From IMG/VR virus record IMGVR_UViG_3300044530_000662, positions 32,001 to 96,000 of that record: a stretch of 64,000 bases of DNA; one strand, written 5' to 3'. Positions 32,463-42,039 of the stretch are shown piece after piece (the first letter of the stretch is position 1; each line of letters begins with the position of its first letter). Origin of the DNA: a virus. The notes beneath the pieces are model-generated. The model did not search any database. It was not told the DNA's origin and saw only the letters and a program-made list of their open reading frames with translations. Position numbers and translations under genes: made by a program.

Positions 32463-35126
32463 TTAAGAATTACAAGTTTTAAGTGTACTATTACATCCAC
32501 ACCCGCAAGAAGTTATTGGTTGATTACAACAACTAGTAGTTGGTTTACATATATAATCAGGATCTCTTAAAGCATCTAAGTCTATTAGTTCTTTTTTAAT
32601 TAACCATTTTTCATCATCTTCTGGACAGCAATTAGTTAAACCATATCTTAATCTCATTACTTGTTTGTATAAGATTTCAGATGAACGGCAAGTTATTTTT
32701 TCATACTTCTCTATGTCACATGAAGGTGTAGAGTATCCTGGTTTTACTTTTCTTTTTGGAAGTATTTCTACTGGACAAGCTCCATTAATACAGTCTCCAT
32801 ATTCTTTAATATCATCTGTAGCAGAAGGAATAAAAGGTTCATATCCTACTGAGCAATCAACTGTTTGAGCTTCACAAAATCCTTTAATTTCAATGTAGAA
32901 TGCAGTTGGTTCAACATTTGTGTAAACACCATTTAAACAACTACAGTCTGCTGGAAATGCTGCTACTTGTGTCCAAACAGGTTCTGGTAAGTCAGTGTTA
33001 AAATATTCTAAATACCATATACCATTGCATGACATAAAATAAAATACACGTAATCTAAATTCATAAACAGTACCATCAACTTCAATATCTCCAGTATACA
33101 AATTTGTTGTATAATTATAAACTAATACTCCTTGTAATACTAATGTACCATTATCTAAAAAAACTGATATATCAATAGCAGGATTACTGTCAACATCCCA
33201 TTCTCCAACAGGACATGTTATACTTGGACTACCTAATGTAGCTATAGGATTGGGTGCTGTTGAATTTGTAATTTTCCAACCAATTATTGCATCATATACA
33301 ATATTGAAAGTTAATGTATTATATACAAAAGTCCAAGCTGGTTTTCCGTTTACAAGATTTGGTTGAAGTACTGCGGTAACTGATTGTCCACTAATAGTAA
33401 GTGTAATACAATTACAAAGTTTATCTCCAACAAAATTTCTTATACATTCTTTTTCACTTTCTTGATTAGAAGTTAATGTGATTGTTTGTGCAATACCATT
33501 ACAGTCTATGTAAGTATAGGTATGCGGTAAAGTATCATAATTTTTAACTGTAGTACATATGCATGGTGCAATTGCTCCACAGGCTTCACAATCATCAAAT
33601 GATTCTATTAATGTAACTATACCAGCATTAATAGGTAATCTTGTTTCTTCTACTGTAAAACAAGTATCACATCCTTTAATTTTTATTACTGGTAAAGAAC
33701 TACAAGGTTCTACTTCAAACGCTTCAAAGATTGTAGCACCTAAACTTGGAATATAAAAAACTCCATAAGGACAATTTATATCTTCTTCTAAATAAACATA
33801 CGTTGACCAAGCACCTATAAATAATAATAAATTCCAACTATCTTCACCATTCCATTCAATTTTTGCATTTATATCTCCAATAATGAAAGTGTAAGAATTT
33901 TTTCCAAAAGCTGTTCCACTACTCTCCACCTCCACCGTAACAGGCTCTTCACCAACTAAGGTGTAAGTAACTTTTATACATTCACAACCTATTACTGGTG
34001 GTGGTATAATTGAACTTAAGTCAGTATATGTATATGTTACATTACTAAGATTTGTACAATCAGTAAGTTTATAATAAGTTCTGTTACATGCTGCACAATT
34101 ATCAAATGTATAAAGTATAACAATAGTTTGTGTGCTTGGTGGTATGTAATCTATTTCAGATACAAACCAACATTCACCACATTCTAGTTCTACTGTTTTT
34201 CCTACATAAACTGAGTAGTCTTCAGTACTATATCTAATAAGAGCTTGATTATTACAATTAGTAAACTTATAATTTACTATTGGTAAACAAGCAGGACAAC
34301 TAGCATATGCTGTTAATACAGTAACACTAACTGGACATTCACAAACTTCTGTAATATCTATACTCCAACAACCATCATAACCTTGTAAAGTAACTACTTG
34401 TTCTTGAGCATAATAAGGAATTACAGTAGGTGAATTGGATACTACTAATACTTCACCTGTTTGGCAGTTAGTAAATTCAAAACATATCTCAGGACATTCT
34501 TCATCTACACATAATCCTAATTCTACAACAAATCCAGAACCGGCTCCAGTAACAATAGGTGTAATGAATGAACATACTCTAGTAGCACCAATTACTGTAA
34601 TGATATCATAGTCAGCATTCATGTATGTTACTGTAGCAGGATTACCTGTAACTTGATAACATTTTAATACACAAGGTGTTTTAACACTAACTGTATCTAA
34701 CACAACATCTATAGCATCATCACAAGTTGTTTTAGTTGGATCTTCTATTACATACCATGTTTTAGGATCATCTTCAATTCTGATGTAAGTTCCTACATTA
34801 GCAGAAAGATCTGTAGTAGTATTAAATGTACTACCATCACAAGCATATAAAGTATAACATGGTGTATCACAAATACATTTGACATCATCACAACCTGTTC
34901 TAATTGTAAAATCTACAGCAAGCACATCCGGTAACCCTATAACAAAACCAATAGTTCCTGTTTTTGTACTTATACTATAACAACCATCATTTACTAAACC
35001 ATTTTCTGATACTCCTGAATATTGATAAAAATCAGGTGCTTCATTAAATCCGCTAGGTAATTTAAAGTTTAATATAATTAAAGGATCACAACAAGAGATT
35101 ACTTCTATGTATTTAGCTGTAGCCAT
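32463..35126 (-). CDS. 887-aa Cys-rich repeat protein (structural/fibre)
   Basis: About 60 Cys by hand count; ~70-aa repeats of the form Y.lt.C...G..v.l..gCw.v...y..C..C. Confidence 0.55.
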   Translation of the reverse strand: MATAKYIEVISCCDPLIILNFKLPSGFNEAPDFYQYSGVSENGLVNDGCYSISTKTGTIGFVIGLPDVLAVDFTIRTGCDDVKCICDTPCYTLYACDGSTFNTTTDLSANVGTYIRIEDDPKTWYVIEDPTKTTCDDAIDVVLDTVSVKTPCVLKCYQVTGNPATVTYMNADYDIITVIGATRVCSFITPIVTGAGSGFVVELGLCVDEECPEICFEFTNCQTGEVLVVSNSPTVIPYYAQEQVVTLQGYDGCWSIDITEVCECPVSVTVLTAYASCPACLPIVNYKFTNCNNQALIRYSTEDYSVYVGKTVELECGECWFVSEIDYIPPSTQTIVILYTFDNCAACNRTYYKLTDCTNLSNVTYTYTDLSSIIPPPVIGCECIKVTYTLVGEEPVTVEVESSGTAFGKNSYTFIIGDINAKIEWNGEDSWNLLLFIGAWSTYVYLEEDINCPYGVFYIPSLGATIFEAFEVEPCSSLPVIKIKGCDTCFTVEETRLPINAGIVTLIESFDDCEACGAIAPCICTTVKNYDTLPHTYTYIDCNGIAQTITLTSNQESEKECIRNFVGDKLCNCITLTISGQSVTAVLQPNLVNGKPAWTFVYNTLTFNIVYDAIIGWKITNSTAPNPIATLGSPSITCPVGEWDVDSNPAIDISVFLDNGTLVLQGVLVYNYTTNLYTGDIEVDGTVYEFRLRVFYFMSCNGIWYLEYFNTDLPEPVWTQVAAFPADCSCLNGVYTNVEPTAFYIEIKGFCEAQTVDCSVGYEPFIPSATDDIKEYGDCINGACPVEILPKRKVKPGYSTPSCDIEKYEKITCRSSEILYKQVMRLRYGLTNCCPEDDEKWLIKKELIDLDALRDPDYICKPTTSCCNQPITSCGCGCNSTLKTCNS

Positions 35127-35132
35127 TATTTT

Positions 35133-35372
35133 TTATTTTGTAAACTTATCTAAGTTTTTATATCTTTCTTTACCCCAAACATTTAATGGAGCAGGTGCTT
35201 TTCCTTCAATTGTTACTGTAGCTCTCCTTACCGGCTTAGCTATAGGTGTTGGACCTTTTGTTGCTCCTGCTGTTTTTCCTAAGCAACTAGTGCATCCTTG
35301 AGATCCGTTTGGTAATGTTCTCTTCTGACATGAACATGTCATTGTACTATTACAGTTTGGACATTTTGCCAT
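35133..35372 (-). CDS. Small Cys-rich basic protein, 79 aa
   Basis: CPNC..CSC...CTSC; tightly packed with neighbours. Confidence 0.6.
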   Translation of the reverse strand: MAKCPNCNSTMTCSCQKRTLPNGSQGCTSCLGKTAGATKGPTPIAKPVRRATVTIEGKAPAPLNVWGKERYKNLDKFTK

Positions 35373-35389
35373 AATTAGTTGGTTTTAAA

Positions 35390-35935
35390 TTATTTACAAT
35401 TTGTACAAGTCATCTTGTTAAGAAGCTTCATAGCATAGTTATATAAACTCATACCTTTCTGAGGCTCATGACAAAATTCAACTTTTCCTTTTGCTGCTTG
35501 AAGATACATAAAAATTAATCTTAGTTCTTCAAGTCTTTGTTTAATTTTAAATGGAGGATCACATGCAGCAGCATCAACATCACATAATACATTATAGTAT
35601 TTGTTTAATGCTTGTGTAATTCTCATATGGTTATATTCTACATATACTGTTTCATTAGGAGATACACTATATTTAATAATGTATACTCCATCAGGAATAT
35701 CTACATTAATAATTCCACAGTCTACAGTTTGTAACTGTAAGTCACATGCAGTAATTGTTTCTACAAAATTTGCTGTAGTATCTAGTTGTACAGAATATCC
35801 AAAACCTGGTACAGTAATATTTAATGTAGGACAAGTTACCGGAATCAGAGCAGAATACACACTTGTATCAAATATTTTTAAGATACAAGGATTCATTACT
35901 GTAGGTACTTCTAAACTTAGTATATGATTAGCCAT
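35390..35935 (-). CDS. Conserved structural protein, 181 aa
   Basis: ORF track; beta-rich N-terminal part plus helical C-terminal part; position in the structural operon. Confidence 0.5.
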   Translation of the reverse strand: MANHILSLEVPTVMNPCILKIFDTSVYSALIPVTCPTLNITVPGFGYSVQLDTTANFVETITACDLQLQTVDCGIINVDIPDGVYIIKYSVSPNETVYVEYNHMRITQALNKYYNVLCDVDAAACDPPFKIKQRLEELRLIFMYLQAAKGKVEFCHEPQKGMSLYNYAMKLLNKMTCTNCK

Positions 35936-35946
35936 AGTGATATATT

Positions 35947-35984
35947 AAAAAAAGGGGAGGAGTATGAAACTCAGCTCCCCTTTT
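35947..35984. terminator. Rho-independent terminator (potentially bidirectional)
   Basis: AAAAGGGGAG...CTCCCCTTTT 10-bp stem with A/T runs on both sides. Confidence 0.7.
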
Positions 35985-36005
35985 CTAGTTATTAATTAGA
36001 GTTAA

Positions 36006-37661
36006 TTAATCTCTATCTTTTCTTTTCAATGGAATTGGAGGAAATTGAATTGGAACATCACATGATGTTTCACAACCAAAGGTTTCAATTTCACATACTC
36101 CACATTTATCTAACCATTCATCAGTTGCCTCATTGAATGCACCAAGACCATAAGATTGTGTTGCAACAACTTGTAACAAGTATTGGTCATTATCAAATGT
36201 ACTTGATGGGTTATTGAAACGTGGAACACTGTGTTGTAAACATGATTGGTAGTACAATGCATTACGGTTAATTGAAGCAATGATTTGGTTTCCTTGTGTA
36301 ATCTCTCTGATACGGAGATCAGAGTGAAGGAAGTTTTGTCTGTATGCTTCTGACAATGTTAAGTCACGTACAATTGTTTCACCAAGACCATTAGCTTGAG
36401 TACCTAAACACTCATGAACTACACAGATTCCATCAAATGTACATGGATCACCATTAAAGTCTACTTCAGATGCATAAAGTTTAACTGGTTCTTTTTCATA
36501 GAAGTCAGTTAACTGGAATGTACAGTCACCAAATTTAGTGTCAACATAAGCACCGTTGAAAATCATACCTGCACATGCACCATCAACATGTACTGTAGAT
36601 ACATAGTTATCCCAAGTATCACCACCTACTGTAGCTAAATCAGAAGCAGAAGTTCCTGGAGCATACCAAAGTACACCAGCTTCATCTTGTATAACAATTT
36701 GTAAAAATGGATTAACTACTGGGTAACGTAAGATAGCATCAGCCCACTTGATAAATACTTCAGTTGAGTCAACTGCAACTGGTGCAATTGAACCATCTGG
36801 ACAACATCCTGTGTAAGCTTCAGCAATATAGTATGCATTGTGATTTAAGTAGCGTAATGCTGGAGAACCTTTAATGTCAATACGTAATGAGTAAGTCTCA
36901 CCACATAAGAATTCTTTACAACAGTTAATACCACCAGAACCTGTAATTGGATCTACGTTAGCTGTAGTAACACTGTTTACAGTAAATGCAAAACCAGAAC
37001 CATCACCAGCTACTGTTAATACATTACCAGCTGTGTACCCTTTACCAATTGCTTGACCAAAAGTGTATGCGGTAACAACACCAGAACCATTAGTTGTAAT
37101 TTGAAGAGTAGCTCCTGTTCCAGTACCACCTGTTAATTCAACAATAGCATTTACTAAGTTTGGAGTTTGTCCGTCAATTGGACCACCTGTTGCTGAGTGA
37201 GTTAAAATACCACCACCTGCAGTCCAGAATGTAGAACCAATATGAAGTACTTCATTTTGTGGTGCACATGGATTCACTGTGTAGAAACGTGATACATACT
37301 TAGGATTGATCATCTTAGACTTGTTAGTCTCAGTATAACCTCCGTGGAAAGGACCAATCTTGTCATTAGTATAAATTGCTGAACCAGCAAGATAAGCATT
37401 ACAACATCCTTCAGGAGTTCCTAAAGACAAGTTAGTTTTTGGATCAAAGTATCCAACATACCCACTGTAGTAAGGACCATAAGTATTTTCTCCTTCAACA
37501 GATAATGAGTTTAATACATAAGTTGGTAAACCTGTTGTAGTTAAGAAACCATCAGAGGTTGCTGCAGCAGCAACTGTGCCATCAAGCAAAGTTACATTTG
37601 TGCTAAGACTTCTCCCTGTTGCAAGGAAAGTCTTTTTAAACGCGTGATTAAAATAAGCCAT
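36006..37661 (-). CDS. Structural protein (auxiliary capsid/decoration-like) with a Gly/Thr-rich insert, 551 aa
   Basis: ORF track. Own promoter-like element and terminator imply high expression; specific role inferred. Confidence 0.5.
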   Translation of the reverse strand: MAYFNHAFKKTFLATGRSLSTNVTLLDGTVAAAATSDGFLTTTGLPTYVLNSLSVEGENTYGPYYSGYVGYFDPKTNLSLGTPEGCCNAYLAGSAIYTNDKIGPFHGGYTETNKSKMINPKYVSRFYTVNPCAPQNEVLHIGSTFWTAGGGILTHSATGGPIDGQTPNLVNAIVELTGGTGTGATLQITTNGSGVVTAYTFGQAIGKGYTAGNVLTVAGDGSGFAFTVNSVTTANVDPITGSGGINCCKEFLCGETYSLRIDIKGSPALRYLNHNAYYIAEAYTGCCPDGSIAPVAVDSTEVFIKWADAILRYPVVNPFLQIVIQDEAGVLWYAPGTSASDLATVGGDTWDNYVSTVHVDGACAGMIFNGAYVDTKFGDCTFQLTDFYEKEPVKLYASEVDFNGDPCTFDGICVVHECLGTQANGLGETIVRDLTLSEAYRQNFLHSDLRIREITQGNQIIASINRNALYYQSCLQHSVPRFNNPSSTFDNDQYLLQVVATQSYGLGAFNEATDEWLDKCGVCEIETFGCETSCDVPIQFPPIPLKRKDRD

Positions 37662-37726
37662 TGTTTTTTTGTTTTAATTTATAAATATATAATATAATAT
37701 AATAAAAGTTTTTGAAATAACAAAAT

Positions 37727-38179
37727 TTATTTCAAGAAAAGTAATTTATATTTTGTAGAATTAAGTGTAGACTTGATTGTATCCAAATCATTTACTAATT
37801 CTGAGTAAGGCATTTTAGCTTGAAGATTAGATACCATAGTAGTTATCTCTCTAATATAAGCTAGTGCATCTTGCACTGTATTTAATGTTCTTGGTGATGT
37901 TTCATTATAAGATAATAATACTTCTGCTGCTCCTTGATATCCTTCTGCTAAATCATCAGCATGTCCTGGTAAAGCATCATACAAATCATTAAGAGCTTTG
38001 TGTGCAGCATATGATCCTGCACCAGTTACTTTTAAATGTAGTTTATGTATGCTTGTTGCAGCATTCATTAATTCTGATACACATGCAGCAGTCATAGTAG
38101 TACAGTCTCCTCCTCCTGGAGCACTTGAGTATGATGCAGTTGATGCAGTATCTCTTTTTAACATTCTAGGTTTTTCCAT
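37727..38179 (-). CDS. Ferritin/Dps-like four-helix protein (DUF5856-like), 150 aa
   Basis: HKLHLKVTG..SYAAHKALNDLYD....ADDLAEGYQG matches the Dps/ferritin-like H..HW...G..f...H..l.e.Y...D..aE pattern. Confidence 0.7.
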   Translation of the reverse strand: MEKPRMLKRDTASTASYSSAPGGGDCTTMTAACVSELMNAATSIHKLHLKVTGAGSYAAHKALNDLYDALPGHADDLAEGYQGAAEVLLSYNETSPRTLNTVQDALAYIREITTMVSNLQAKMPYSELVNDLDTIKSTLNSTKYKLLFLK

Positions 38180-38184
38180 TATTT

Positions 38185-38883
38185 TTAGTTATTACGTTCA
38201 GCTCCTTCAGATCCTCTAGAGAATTGGTTTCCAGACTCAATATCTCCAGCTAAGATGCTCACAGCTTCGTCAATTATTAATTCAATTATATCATCTTTAA
38301 ATTCACATTGTACATTTACTGCAGATGCTGTATTAGTATAAGGGTCAACACATCCTTGAACTTGTATCTTAACAGGTTGTCTGTAATATATCAAGTCTAG
38401 TTTTTGAATATTAAATACACCGTCTGTGTATACATTAACATGATTACCTTTAAGTGTAGCAAATGTTTCTGCCCAATCAAAGTTAGGTTGTTTAGCTTTA
38501 TCTCTGAGAAGTAAATTAAGATTTCCTTCTTCTGCTAAGTATACTGTCATTCTTCTTTTATCACAACAGTCTTTCTGAGCAAACACATCTACTCTTTTCC
38601 ACTGAAGATAATCTTCCGGAAGAAGTCCTGTGAAGTAATACTCTTTATTAACTGTAGGCAATGTCTCAGTAATAAGTAAAACTTGTAAGTCATCTTTTCT
38701 TCTAGTAGATTGCTCATCACCTTCTCTTACTTGGTTAATACCATGTAACTGTCTTCTAGCCCATTCAACTTGTGCTTTATTAAAAGCCTCAACAATAGCC
38801 CAGCATTCTATGTTATCATAGTCTTGGGAATCAAGCTTATTGATCCTTTCTTTAACTTTTATGGTAATGGTGCTATTTAGCAT
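38185..38883 (-). CDS. Head-tail adaptor / ring protein, 232 aa
   Basis: KERINKLDSQ...FNKAQ N-terminus and IIELIIDEAVSILAG C-terminus are typical of crAss-like ring/neck proteins. Confidence 0.6.
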   Translation of the reverse strand: MLNSTITIKVKERINKLDSQDYDNIECWAIVEAFNKAQVEWARRQLHGINQVREGDEQSTRRKDDLQVLLITETLPTVNKEYYFTGLLPEDYLQWKRVDVFAQKDCCDKRRMTVYLAEEGNLNLLLRDKAKQPNFDWAETFATLKGNHVNVYTDGVFNIQKLDLIYYRQPVKIQVQGCVDPYTNTASAVNVQCEFKDDIIELIIDEAVSILAGDIESGNQFSRGSEGAERNN

Positions 38884-38886
38884 GTT

Positions 38887-39540
38887 TTATTTCTTTTTGG
38901 ACTTTACAACTCCACCTTTTTTCTTTTCTGGCATTATGGGATATCTACCTGGTTCTGATGATGTACTCGGAGGAGAAACCCAATTTACTTTTGGTTTTTT
39001 TTCAGGTACTTCAAATGTTGGTGGTACAACAGAAAATGGACCTTTTTGAGTTTTAGCATTTTGCCAACCTGTATTTTTTATTCCTTTTCCTGATGTAAAT
39101 TTATCAAATCCAGAATTACCTCCATCTTGTTTTTTAATAATACCACCTGTCTTTCTATAAGAGTCTTCAATATCTTTTTGATATTGTTGTTCTTTAGTAA
39201 GCTTTTTAGGTTTCTTTTGAACAGCTTTTTGTAAATCTTTTTTTGCTTGTATTTCTTTCATTGTCATATTACCTTTTGGACCACTCCCTCTATAAATAGG
39301 TTTACCTGCGGCTGCTCTTTGTTTTTGATATATAGACAATTCTTTTGAAATAGTTTTTGCTATTGGAGCAGGTTTAGAAACAACCTTAGAAGCAGCTGCA
39401 ACAGGTTTGATATATTTAACGGCTGTTTTTACCAGCTTACCCAATTGAGCTTTAGGTAAAGACTTTTTTACTACAGCTTGTCTAGCTTCATTAGCTTTTT
39501 TAAAAAATGTAAGTGGATGTTCTTTAGTAGTCTTTTTCAT
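38887..39540 (-). CDS. Very basic Lys-rich protein with GG motifs, 217 aa
   Basis: LPKAQLG, RKTGG, KQDGG, KKKGG; Lys-rich throughout. Confidence 0.6.
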   Translation of the reverse strand: MKKTTKEHPLTFFKKANEARQAVVKKSLPKAQLGKLVKTAVKYIKPVAAASKVVSKPAPIAKTISKELSIYQKQRAAAGKPIYRGSGPKGNMTMKEIQAKKDLQKAVQKKPKKLTKEQQYQKDIEDSYRKTGGIIKKQDGGNSGFDKFTSGKGIKNTGWQNAKTQKGPFSVVPPTFEVPEKKPKVNWVSPPSTSSEPGRYPIMPEKKKGGVVKSKKK

Positions 39541-39541
39541 T

Positions 39542-39706
39542 TTATTTCTTTTTTGCTTTTGCCATTTTCTTAAAAGTAAGAGCTAATGTTTTAGCTTTAC
39601 CTGTACAACCTGGTTTAGTTATTGGAGTACACTTACCTGCAGTACCTCTTCTTTTAATAGAAGCTGTAGCTTTTTGAATCCAGTTTTTATCCTTTTTCTC
39701 AGCCAT
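39542..39706 (-). CDS. Small basic protein, 54 aa (not in track)
   Basis: Hand translation MAEKKDKNWIQKATASIKRRGTAGKCTPITKPGCTGKAKTLALTFKKMAKAKKK; fills the gap exactly. Confidence 0.7.
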   Translation of the reverse strand: MAEKKDKNWIQKATASIKRRGTAGKCTPITKPGCTGKAKTLALTFKKMAKAKKK

Positions 39707-39708
39707 GA

Positions 39709-41040
39709 TTAACAGCTTTTTTTACCTTTAACCATTCCACCTTTTTTAGCTTTTTTAATAGGTTTAGGTTTTGGACCATTAGCAATAGCTACACCACTTG
39801 CAATAGGTTTTAACATAGGTTTTGATCCTGTTGATTTCATAGCTTTAATTTTAGACTGACCTGTAGACTGACCTGTAGATTGTGGTATAGATTTTGGTCT
39901 AGGTATTTGACGAGTAGGATTATTACCTGTTGAAAAACCACCCTGTAATGGATATGATTTAGTATTTTTAACAACAGATACTTTAGGTTTAGGTTTTGAA
40001 GATATTGTACCGCCTTTTTGCATTTTAACAGCACCTCCTTTTTTCTTCTGACCAATTTGATAGTTAGGATACATTTCATTTAATGTATCTGTATTAGCTC
40101 TATTATTTCTTGTCTGATTTATCTTTGCATTATATTCTTGTGTCCCTTTGTCTCTTATTTCTTTACTGAGTATTTTCATGTTTTCAGCTTGTTGTTTTGC
40201 AAGCATTTGTTTATCATAATCTAAAGCAGCATTTTTTGATTTACTACCGCCATCTTGATATTTTTTTGCAGTATCTTTTTGAAGTTTGTTTTTAGCAGCT
40301 GCTAGTTTTAATGAAGCTTCTTTTTTTGATTGAAGCATTTTAGTAGCATTTACTTTTTTAGCTATTTCATATGGATCTTTAGAAGATATTTTTTGCATTG
40401 CAATACTTGTATCACCACCATCTTGATATTTTTTAACAGCACCACCTTTTTTCTTACGCATGCCTACAGGTACTGTACCTACACCAGAAGAAGATCTTAC
40501 TCTTCCTGGAGCTGGAGAATGTTGTACTGAAACTGATGCACCAAATTTAGCTTTAGGAGTTTCTTTAGCTTTTTTAGCAGCTTTCTTAGCTCTTACTTTA
40601 TCAGCAATAGCTTTAGCACCTATACCCATCATACCAGTAAGAGCTGTACCTACACCAATTCTAGCACTTTTACCATCAAGAATTCCTGCTTTTACACACT
40701 CACCATTGATATCTCTATATCCTGGAGGGCATCCAGTAGATTTAGTTGAGCCACCTTTTTTAAGAGTTCTACCAGCATCAGTTCTTGGATCATTAGAATA
40801 CTTAGGCATTCCAACAATACCCATTGCTCCACCCATTTGCATTTTAGTAGTAGTCTTACTACTGCCTTTAAGCATTTTTTGTACGGCAGCTTTTTTTTCT
40901 TCAGCTGTTTTAAATGTTTTACTTTTACCAGTAGGTACTAAATAACCAGTTTGATTAAGTTTTGATAATTTTTTTTCTCCACCTGTTTGCATTTTTTTCA
41001 TTTTAGTGGAGCCTCCACATTGCATACATTTAGTTTTCAT
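39709..41040 (-). CDS. Very basic 443-aa protein with 10 GG motifs (putative DNA-condensing core polyprotein)
   Basis: MQCGG, MQTGG, MQMGG, LKKGG, KKKGG x2, YQDGG x2, MQKGG, AKKGG. Confidence 0.65.
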   Translation of the reverse strand: MKTKCMQCGGSTKMKKMQTGGEKKLSKLNQTGYLVPTGKSKTFKTAEEKKAAVQKMLKGSSKTTTKMQMGGAMGIVGMPKYSNDPRTDAGRTLKKGGSTKSTGCPPGYRDINGECVKAGILDGKSARIGVGTALTGMMGIGAKAIADKVRAKKAAKKAKETPKAKFGASVSVQHSPAPGRVRSSSGVGTVPVGMRKKKGGAVKKYQDGGDTSIAMQKISSKDPYEIAKKVNATKMLQSKKEASLKLAAAKNKLQKDTAKKYQDGGSKSKNAALDYDKQMLAKQQAENMKILSKEIRDKGTQEYNAKINQTRNNRANTDTLNEMYPNYQIGQKKKGGAVKMQKGGTISSKPKPKVSVVKNTKSYPLQGGFSTGNNPTRQIPRPKSIPQSTGQSTGQSKIKAMKSTGSKPMLKPIASGVAIANGPKPKPIKKAKKGGMVKGKKSC

Positions 41041-41052
41041 TATATATAGTTT

Positions 41053-41325
41053 TTAACAGTTCCATTTTCTTAGTGAAAGAGCCTTTCTTGTAGGTCTTCC
41101 TTTTTCATCTTTCATAGGTCCAGGCATGCCTGACATTCTAGCACAAAAACTTTTTCTTCTATTTGCATCTTTACTTCCAGCTTTAAGCTTAGAAGGTTTA
41201 GTAGTTACAGCTGTCTGAAGTTTACTACCAGGATTAGCAGCTCTATAACTAGCTACTCCTTTAGCATTTAATCCTCCAGTTTTATTCTTACCTTCAGATC
41301 TTGTCCAAGCTGGTGTTTTTGCCAT
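41053..41325 (-). CDS. Small basic phage protein (DUF6321-like), 90 aa
   Basis: AW.R.EGKN..GGLNAKG.ASY...RRKSFCARM...LRKWNC signature. Confidence 0.65.
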   Translation of the reverse strand: MAKTPAWTRSEGKNKTGGLNAKGVASYRAANPGSKLQTAVTTKPSKLKAGSKDANRRKSFCARMSGMPGPMKDEKGRPTRKALSLRKWNC

Positions 41326-41327
41326 AA

Positions 41328-41666
41328 TTATGCTTTTGTAACTTTTCTTCCCATACCTACTTTAGACTTCTCAGCTTTTTTAGCAGCTAGTTTAGAAGGA
41401 GTTAGTTCATACTTTGTTTTAGGAGTATCTTTTGATACCTTTCTTGTAGGCCGGCAGTATTCATTTTTACCACCGGCTCCACAAGCTTTTCCTGATTTTG
41501 TGTCTTGCCACTTTTCTGCTTGCCATCTTTTAAGATCACTACCAGCTTTAGTCTTTCTTACTGTGCCTGAACCTTTACGGCATTTGGCAATAGCTTGAGA
41601 AGCTCTAGCTGAAGGAAACACAGCGTACTGTGCTTTTACTTTTGTATAGCAAGCATCTTTAGGCAT
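41328..41666 (-). CDS. Small basic phage protein (DUF5872-like), 112 aa
   Basis: KDACY.KVK..Y.VFPSA.AS..IAKCRK plus LKRW..EKW...CG...YCRP. Confidence 0.55.
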   Translation of the reverse strand: MPKDACYTKVKAQYAVFPSARASQAIAKCRKGSGTVRKTKAGSDLKRWQAEKWQDTKSGKACGAGGKNEYCRPTRKVSKDTPKTKYELTPSKLAAKKAEKSKVGMGRKVTKA

Positions 41667-41809
41667 TACTTTACAGCCTTAACTTTTTTAGCTTTTGCTT
41701 CTTTAACAGGTGCTTCAGTTGCTTTTTCTTGCTCCTTAGAGTAAGCTGGATTTAATTCAAATCTACCTGGAGATGTTTCTACATAAGCTGATACTTCTGT
41801 CTTTTCCAT
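41666..41809 (-). CDS. Small protein, 47 aa (not in track)
   Basis: Hand translation MEKTEVSAYVETSPGRFELNPAYSKEQEKATEAPVKEAKAKKVKAVK; its TAA overlaps the next ATG. Confidence 0.6.
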   Translation of the reverse strand: MEKTEVSAYVETSPGRFELNPAYSKEQEKATEAPVKEAKAKKVKAVK

Positions 41810-41833
41810 GATTACTTGTTTAGTAGTTAATAA

Positions 41834-42037
41834 TTATTTCTTCTTAACGGTCATTCCATATTTAGCTTTTGGAACAGCCGTTTTAGGAGCTGCAGATGTA
41901 CCACCTGAATGTCCTCTAGCTACTTTAGAAGCAGCAGCTTTTGGATTTACACCAGACTTAACACCGTTAGATCCTGCTTTTTTTTGTACAGATAAGTTAC
42001 CATTTAAACCTACCTTAACACCTGATTTTGTTGCCAT
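41834..42037 (-). CDS. Small basic protein, 67 aa
   Basis: K/G/A-rich; ends PKAKYGMTVKKK. Confidence 0.6.
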   Translation of the reverse strand: MATKSGVKVGLNGNLSVQKKAGSNGVKSGVNPKAAASKVARGHSGGTSAAPKTAVPKAKYGMTVKKK

Positions 42038-42039
42038 GA

